In this document: in pieces, positions 58,271-64,000 of the stretch
Layout of the letters: each line of letters opens with the position of its first letter
How positions within the stretch are numbered: the stretch's first letter is position 1
Source of the DNA: an uncultured bacterium
Lineage (GTDB): Bacteria > Acidobacteriota > HRBIN11 > JAKEFK01
Direction: 5' to 3'
DNA: 64,000 bases
Assembly (NCBI GenBank): GCA_963777505.1
Contig: CAVZQN010000004.1
Span: 1,152,001 to 1,216,000 of the forward strand
Notes under the pieces: generated by a model
What the model was told of the DNA's origin: nothing
Databases searched by the model: none
What the model saw: the letters and a program-made list of their open reading frames with translations, nothing else
Translations under genes and position numbers: made by a program

Positions 58271-59320
58271 TTATGGATTAAAACTAATTCGAACTCCGGT
58301 AGTTAGAAGTAAATCATTTTCCTCGGCACCACTGACAGGATTGCTCAGGTAACGATCGCTGACTGTTAAATGCCAATCAAACGTGTCGTTCATTTTGGTA
58401 ACAATGCCCGCATCAAAAGTCATCCGGAATTCGCCTGTATCACTCAGATTGGGAAAGATTACAAATCTTTCTTTAAACGAAACACGTTCGGAGAGTTGAT
58501 ATGAAAAATCTTCGCCCACGAGGAGTTCAGCTGAGTTTCTGCTTTCATCTACTTCAAAATTTTCATAATTGTAGGATCCGCCGCCAAATATCTGAAACTG
58601 TGAGCGGTCATTCTTAACCAAATACCATCCTAAACCGCCGCCTAATACAAGCCTTAAATCGAGAAATTGAAACTCATCATGTTCCATATCCGTAAACACA
58701 AACGGTGTAAGCTTCTCTGTAATGAAGTACTCATACCTTCCACCCCCACGAATGGCGTTTGCTGTTGTTCTTGATTCACCCGTTGTGCTGTCTTGTGCAT
58801 ACAGTGAAGCCGCATAAAAACTGGTCTTATCGTTTGTGGTTGTTCTTGACGCGGACGCTCCAAGCGCAAAATTGATTGTTTCCGAATTCCCCTGACTTAA
58901 ACTGAGCCCGGCTTCAACAAAACCGCCCCAAAGATCTCCCCATCCGGGATGTTCGTAACGCTCTACTTCGGCAAAATAATTATCTTTGGAACGGATCGCT
59001 GCGACTGTGGCAACTGCAGAAACAACTGTGCCGGCATCAGTAGTTTCTACTGTTATATCTCGCTCTGTAAACGTAATCGTTCCAAACAATGTCTTTCCGT
59101 CAGTCATGGATACATATACAGGTTCTGTGGACGTGATTTGTTGAATGGCATCATGAGAAATAGTAATGTCCCCTGCATATGCAGTCTTGAGAATGAGGGT
59201 CTTACCATCGGATTTTATTATTTGTCCTGTGATCCGGTCTGAATTCTTCATCTGAACTTCATCGGCAGAACAGATGACTGCTGCAAGAAAAATAAAAAGG
59301 AATACGAATTTTGACATCAT
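58271..59320 (-). CDS. DUF481 (YdiY-like) outer-membrane beta-barrel protein
   Basis: Signal peptide, GLSLSQGNSET, EHDEFQFLDLR, GGGLGW, terminal TTGVRISF. Confidence 0.85.
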   Translation of the reverse strand: MMSKFVFLFIFLAAVICSADEVQMKNSDRITGQIIKSDGKTLILKTAYAGDITISHDAIQQITSTEPVYVSMTDGKTLFGTITFTERDITVETTDAGTVVSAVATVAAIRSKDNYFAEVERYEHPGWGDLWGGFVEAGLSLSQGNSETINFALGASASRTTTNDKTSFYAASLYAQDSTTGESRTTANAIRGGGRYEYFITEKLTPFVFTDMEHDEFQFLDLRLVLGGGLGWYLVKNDRSQFQIFGGGSYNYENFEVDESRNSAELLVGEDFSYQLSERVSFKERFVIFPNLSDTGEFRMTFDAGIVTKMNDTFDWHLTVSDRYLSNPVSGAEENDLLLTTGVRISFNP

Positions 59321-59408
59321 ATACTTTCTCCAATCGTGATTATTAAACCGTCGTCAAGAATTTGAATAGTCAGGTCGATTTTATACACTCTTTAACAGTG
59401 TGCATACA

Positions 59409-59424
59409 TGGGCTAAAGTCCTAT
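59409..59424. promoter_or_regulatory. Palindromic operator (copy 6, degenerate)
   Basis: TGGGCTAAAGTCCTA between divergent DUF481 and PP2C genes. Confidence 0.5.
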
Positions 59425-59474
59425 AGAAAAGATAAACTAAAGTAGGATATTTTCCTCAAGTAAGGAGTTGTAAC

Positions 59475-60419
59475 ATGTGGAATTTTTCGGATGTAGATAC
59501 AGAAGAATTGTTTCTTCCGGTAAAGCAATTAGACATCGATCGACCCCGGGCTTTTTCATCCGAAGTTCGCGTAGATTTTGGTGCTGTATCGGACCGCGGC
59601 AAGATGCGTATGAATAATGAAGACGCATTTTTGATTCTTCGTACCGGACGATACATGCATAAGGTAATGACAAATGTCCAGCCGGAACTTTTGCCGGAAC
59701 ATCATGAAGAAAACGCTTATGCAATGGCAGTTGCCGATGGAATCGGTGGACTTGCTGCCGGCGAAGTAGCAAGCAGTATGGCAATCACAACGGTTGTAAA
59801 TCTCATGCTTTCATCTGTGAAATGGGCCTTAAAGCTGGATCACCCGGAATATCGTGAAAAAGAAATGGAAGAAGGAATTCAGCGTGCTGTCGATTACCTG
59901 TGTAAGGCGGACCTTGCAATTGGACGCCGCGCCGAACAAGATGAAAAGTTTGAAAAAATGGGGACCACACTCACGGCATCTTACACCTTTGGAGATGATC
60001 TTTTCATTTTCCATATTGGAGACTCAAGAGCTTATCTGTTGCACAATGGAGTATTAAGCCGATTGACTCACGATCACACGCTCGCCCAAGCTCTTGCAGA
60101 CAAAGGTGACATCACTCAAGAGGTGGCAGCAACTCACAAATTCAAACATTATTTAACACGCGCAATTGGTCATCATGGAGGAAAACTTGAAGTGGAGATC
60201 CATCATTTGAAACTCGCAGATAACGATCTTGTACTGCTTTGTTCAGATGGTCTCACCGATCTGGTTAGCGATGAACAAATCGCAGAAACTCTGAAAGGAA
60301 CTGAGCCTCCGCAAAACAAATGTGAGTCTCTTGTAAATCTTGCTTTGCAAAAAGGCGGAAGAGACAACGTTACCGTGTTATTGGCACATTATCATCTTCC
60401 ATCGACAGGAAGTTTCTAA
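59475..60419 (+). CDS. PP2C/PrpC Ser/Thr phosphatase
   Basis: RMNNEDA, VADGIGG, MGTTLT, HIGDSRAY, LCSDGL, GGRDNVT. Confidence 0.93.
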   Translation: MWNFSDVDTEELFLPVKQLDIDRPRAFSSEVRVDFGAVSDRGKMRMNNEDAFLILRTGRYMHKVMTNVQPELLPEHHEENAYAMAVADGIGGLAAGEVASSMAITTVVNLMLSSVKWALKLDHPEYREKEMEEGIQRAVDYLCKADLAIGRRAEQDEKFEKMGTTLTASYTFGDDLFIFHIGDSRAYLLHNGVLSRLTHDHTLAQALADKGDITQEVAATHKFKHYLTRAIGHHGGKLEVEIHHLKLADNDLVLLCSDGLTDLVSDEQIAETLKGTEPPQNKCESLVNLALQKGGRDNVTVLLAHYHLPSTGSF

Positions 60420-60421
60420 CG

Positions 60422-62612
60422 TTGGCAAATACCAGCTCTATTTTCCAAAGATTTGTTTCAATCAGCTTTTCCAAACAAATTATTCTTGGACTTTCTTTAG
60501 GCATCATTCTCGGGCTTTTTTTTGGAGAAATGATTGCACCCCTTCGTGTTGTTGCTGATGGATTTATTCGTCTACTTCAAATGACGGTTCTTCCATATGT
60601 CACTATCTCGCTGATCTCAGGGTTAGGTTCTCTTACAAAACAACAAGGCAAAATGATTTTCACGAAAGTAGGGGGTTTGCTCCTTCTTTTGTGGGGAATC
60701 ACCCTTCTATTTGTATTTCTCAGTACCTCTCGCTTTTCCAAGACAGGAATCAGCATCTTTTTTCAGCACATCATTGATAGAAGAGCCCAAATCTTTCGAT
60801 TTCTTGGATCTGTATATTCCAACGAATCCATTTTTCTCTCTTGCTAATAGCATAGTACCTGCAGTAGTTTTCTTCAGCATAGCTCTCGGAATCGCTTTAA
60901 TTGGAATCGAAAATAAGGAGCAGCTAATCGGATGGCTTGAAATCGCGCGAAAAACCCTCAGCCAAATAAGTCGCTTTGTTGTGAAGTTAACTCCAGTCGG
61001 ATTATTCGCGATTGGTGCCAATCTGGCAGGTACACTCAGGTTGGTGGATTTGGAGCGAGTCCAGGTGTTCTTGCTGATTTACGCCACAATTGCGGTTTTA
61101 ATGACGTTATGGGTTTTACCAGGGTTGGTCACTGCATTGACATCAATTCGGTATCAAGAGATTTTGAAGCGCACTTCGGATGCGTTGATTACAGCTTTTA
61201 TGACAGGAGATCTATTCGTCGTTCTACCTATTTTAGTTGATTCAAGCAAAGATCTGATTCAACGTCACTCAACAGAACGGAATGATGCCGCGAACCTGCC
61301 GGACGTTATCGTGCCTGCCTCGTTTAATTTCCCCCACTCTGGCAAAGTTCTTTCGTTAAGCTTCATCCTTTTTGCCGCATGGTTTAGTGATACCAGTTTT
61401 TCTTTGCTCGATAAATCAAAACTTGCGACCACCGGAGTACTTACATTTTTTGGAAACCTTAATGTCGCTGTGCCGTATCTATTAGACTTTTTCCATATTC
61501 CGATCGACACCTTTCAGTTATTCCTTGCGACAGGTGTCATCAACTCTCGTTTCGGAAGTGCAATTGCAGCAATGCATACATTCGTGTTGGCGGTCCTTGG
61601 CGCGTATGCAATGACCAACACTTTAACCATAAAACCAAAGAAATTGATTCGTTATGTTTTCATTACGCTGTTTTTTGCTTTCTTCAGTCTCATAGCTCTA
61701 CGATTCTTATTTGGTCTTGTCTTGGACAACAGTTATAGAAAAGGAGATGTTCTCCGTTCCATGCATCTCCTGAAGAGTAAAGATGCAGCAACGGTGTATC
61801 GTGACTTCCGCGCGGTTCCCCCATTACCAGAAACCAAAATGACATCTTTGCTGGCGCAAATTGATGAACGGAAGAAACTTCGGGTCGGCTACTTACCTAA
61901 TAGTCTCCCTTATGCTTTTTTTAACACAAAGAATGAACTTGTTGGTTTTGATGTCGATATGGCACACCAACTTGCAAAAGAAATGAATGTTTCTCTGGAA
62001 TTTGTTCAGATGGATCGGACCAAAGTCATTGATCAATTAAAAAGCGGGTATTGCGATATCTTGATGTCAGGCTTTGCGGTGAGTACCGGTCGAGCCAGAC
62101 AAATTATTTTGTCTTCACCTTATCTTTATGAAAATGCAGCCTTCATTGTTCCTGATTTCAGACGACATGAATTTGCAAATCGGGAGTCGATTCTAAGCAT
62201 TCAACATCTTCGAATCGGGATTCCGGACATTCCTTATTACAAGGATAAAATCCGCGAATACGCACCGAATGCCAAGGTAGTGACGATTGATTCACCGATG
62301 GATTTGTTTGAAGGAAAACGAAAGGATTGTGATGTTCTTCTTATTAGCGCTCAGCGCGGCTCTTCCTGGTGCTTGCTATATCCACAATTTACGGTCGTGG
62401 TACCGCAGCCAGGGATATTGACGGTTCCAATCGCCTATGCAGTTGCTCGGAATGATCAGAACTTTGCTGCCTTTGTGAATACCTGGATAGAGCTAAAAAA
62501 GAACGATCGAACGATTGATGATTTATACGATTACTGGATTCTTGGAAAGAATGCAGAACCGCAACAACCGCGATGGTCAATTCTTCGAAACATTCTCCAT
62601 TGGGTGAAATGA
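60422..62612 (+). CDS. Dicarboxylate/amino acid:cation symporter fused to a family-3 substrate-binding domain, +1 frameshift near 60720
   Basis: FIRLLQMTVLPY, YIPTNPFFSLA, LTPVGLFA; C-terminal LRVGYLPNSLPYAF..GFDVDMAHQLAK. Confidence 0.85.
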
Positions 62613-62812
62613 TACAAAATTTTGGGCGGCCACAAGGGCCGCCCCTACCAGTTTCTGATCTTAATTAGAAAACTATAACCTGATAGAGTTTCAAACGGTT
62701 AAGACGGATACAACCCGATTGCATGCAAAACTCATGTTTTCCTCCAAGATGTATCCAAACATTCGATACGTAATTTTCCTTCCAATATATAGCCTCCGGT
62801 AAAATACGACAT

Positions 62813-62828
62813 TGGAACTTTAGCCCTA
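62813..62828. promoter_or_regulatory. Palindromic operator (copy 7, degenerate)
   Basis: TGGAACTTTAGCCCTA (12/16 match) about 85 bp upstream of the ferritin-like gene. Confidence 0.4.
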
Positions 62829-62913
62829 TAAGTCTCTGATTTCCTGTATTTAAACCAATTGCGAATCCTACCTTCTGGCATATCTTTCTTACGCAATCAA
62901 ATCTGGAGGAATT

Positions 62914-63546
62914 GTGGACAAAGATCAGATGCATGGGCTGCTTTATGAAGCACTCGAAACTGAACAAGGCGGCGTTCTCGTATACGAAACGGCTCTTCGA
63001 TATGTAATCAATGAAGACTTAAAGAAAGAGTGGGAAGAATATCTTGAACAAACCCAAAATCACGTAAAGGTCCTGTTGAATGTTTTTAAGAAACTTGGAC
63101 TTAATCCCGGAGTGGAAACACCTGGGAGAGTGGTAGTGCGGCATTCAGGACTGTCGTTGGTTAGAACAATGGAGATCGCGGGTGTATCAGCAAAACCAGA
63201 AGCCGCTGAAATCGTCGCTGCGGAATGTGTGGTTCTTGCAGAAACAAAAGATCATTCAAATTGGGAATTAATAGGCCTTGTCAGCGAAACTCTTACTGGA
63301 GTTGAGAAAGAAGCGCTCAAGGGTGCATATGACGAAGTCGAGGACGAAGAAGATGAACATCTCTACCATACTGCGGGATGGGCCAGGGAATTACATCTTC
63401 AAGCGTTGAAATTGCCGGCTCAACTGCCACCGCCGGAAGAAGAAAAAGATGTTAAGTCCGCAATTGCCGCAGCTCGCGCGAAAAAAGAACGGAAAGGTGA
63501 AATCATCCAAAAACCAAGGAAACAAAATGAAAAAAGAAAACGCTGA
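62914..63546 (+). CDS. Ferritin-like (DUF892/YciF-like) stress protein
   Basis: [31 protein letters not shown] di-iron-type ExxH motifs; GTG start with GGAGG SD. Confidence 0.8.
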   Translation: MDKDQMHGLLYEALETEQGGVLVYETALRYVINEDLKKEWEEYLEQTQNHVKVLLNVFKKLGLNPGVETPGRVVVRHSGLSLVRTMEIAGVSAKPEAAEIVAAECVVLAETKDHSNWELIGLVSETLTGVEKEALKGAYDEVEDEEDEHLYHTAGWARELHLQALKLPAQLPPPEEEKDVKSAIAAARAKKERKGEIIQKPRKQNEKRKR

Positions 63547-64000
63547 CAAGAAACGAGAGCTTAAAGCTTCGAATAATGAGAATGAAAAACTAACCGATCT
63601 CGAACAAAATAAAGAAACAGGGGCAGGGGAACTTTTAACAACAAATCAAGGGACACGGATAAATGATAATCAAAACACGCTGAAAGCAGGTCCACGCGGT
63701 CCTTCTCTGCTTGAAGATTTTATTTTTCGTGAAAAGATCACACACTTCGATCATGAGCGGATTCCAGAAAGGGTTGTACATGCGCGCGGCACGGGCGCCC
63801 ATGGTTATTTTCAAGTATACAAACCAATGAGCGACCTGACGAAGGCGAACTTTCTTCAAGATCCAAATAAACGCACACCCGTATTTGTGCGTTTTTCTAC
63901 GGTAGCAGGTTCTCGCGGATCAAGTGATTTAGCCAGAGATGTGCGAGGTTTTGCGGTTAAATTCTACACCGACGAAGGAATCTTTGACCTTGTTGGCAAC
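63527..64000 (+). CDS. katE: Catalase HPII (large subunit), N-terminal part, runs off the window
   Basis: Not in the ORF track; my translation MKKENADK...LTTNQG...[37 protein letters not shown]...[23 protein letters not shown]. Confidence 0.95.
   Translation, partial: MKKENADKKRELKASNNENEKLTDLEQNKETGAGELLTTNQGTRINDNQNTLKAGPRGPSLLEDFIFREKITHFDHERIPERVVHARGTGAHGYFQVYKPMSDLTKANFLQDPNKRTPVFVRFSTVAGSRGSSDLARDVRGFAVKFYTDEGIFDLVGN

Noticed and set aside
19800-60730. Programmed ribosomal frameshifting or phase variation at the split genes
   Set aside because: No shared slippery sequence or long repeat tract; unrelated genes are affected with the same insertion bias.
50512-62828. The palindrome set as CRISPR repeats or terminators
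   Set aside because: Copies are kb apart, short, lack U-tracts and lie 5' of genes; there are no spacers or cas genes.

Overview
Bacterial chromosomal window, moderately AT-rich and gene-dense. It is diderm (TonB-dependent receptor, DUF481 barrel); the gene content suggests Acidobacteriota, by inference only. No rRNA, tRNA, CRISPR array or transposase was recognised. 1-40 kb is mixed housekeeping and accessory: hflX, peptidases, a REC-kinase-TPR hybrid, an M16 pair, a Zn-finger/subtilase/glycogen-binding fusion, pfkA-glgP, mrp+DUF971, a SET protein, a flavin halogenase, PBP1B and sulfatases. 40.2-48.5 kb is a minus-strand operon: DUF2064 -> TonB-dependent receptor -> YnjBCD-type ABC transporter -> uncharacterised radical SAM enzyme. 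The 3' end of its DUF2064 gene encodes Leu-Pro-Pro-Pro followed directly by a sequence complementary to the SD and start codon of the receptor, which looks like an arrest-peptide translational switch. 48.6-64 kb is an accessory block (hdeD, marC, FGE, sortase + LPXTG substrate, FixJ-type two-component system, DUF481, PP2C, symporter-SBP fusion, ferritin-like, katE) in which most promoter regions carry the palindrome TTGGACTWWAGTCCAA. Eight genes are split by extra bases, most likely assembly errors.
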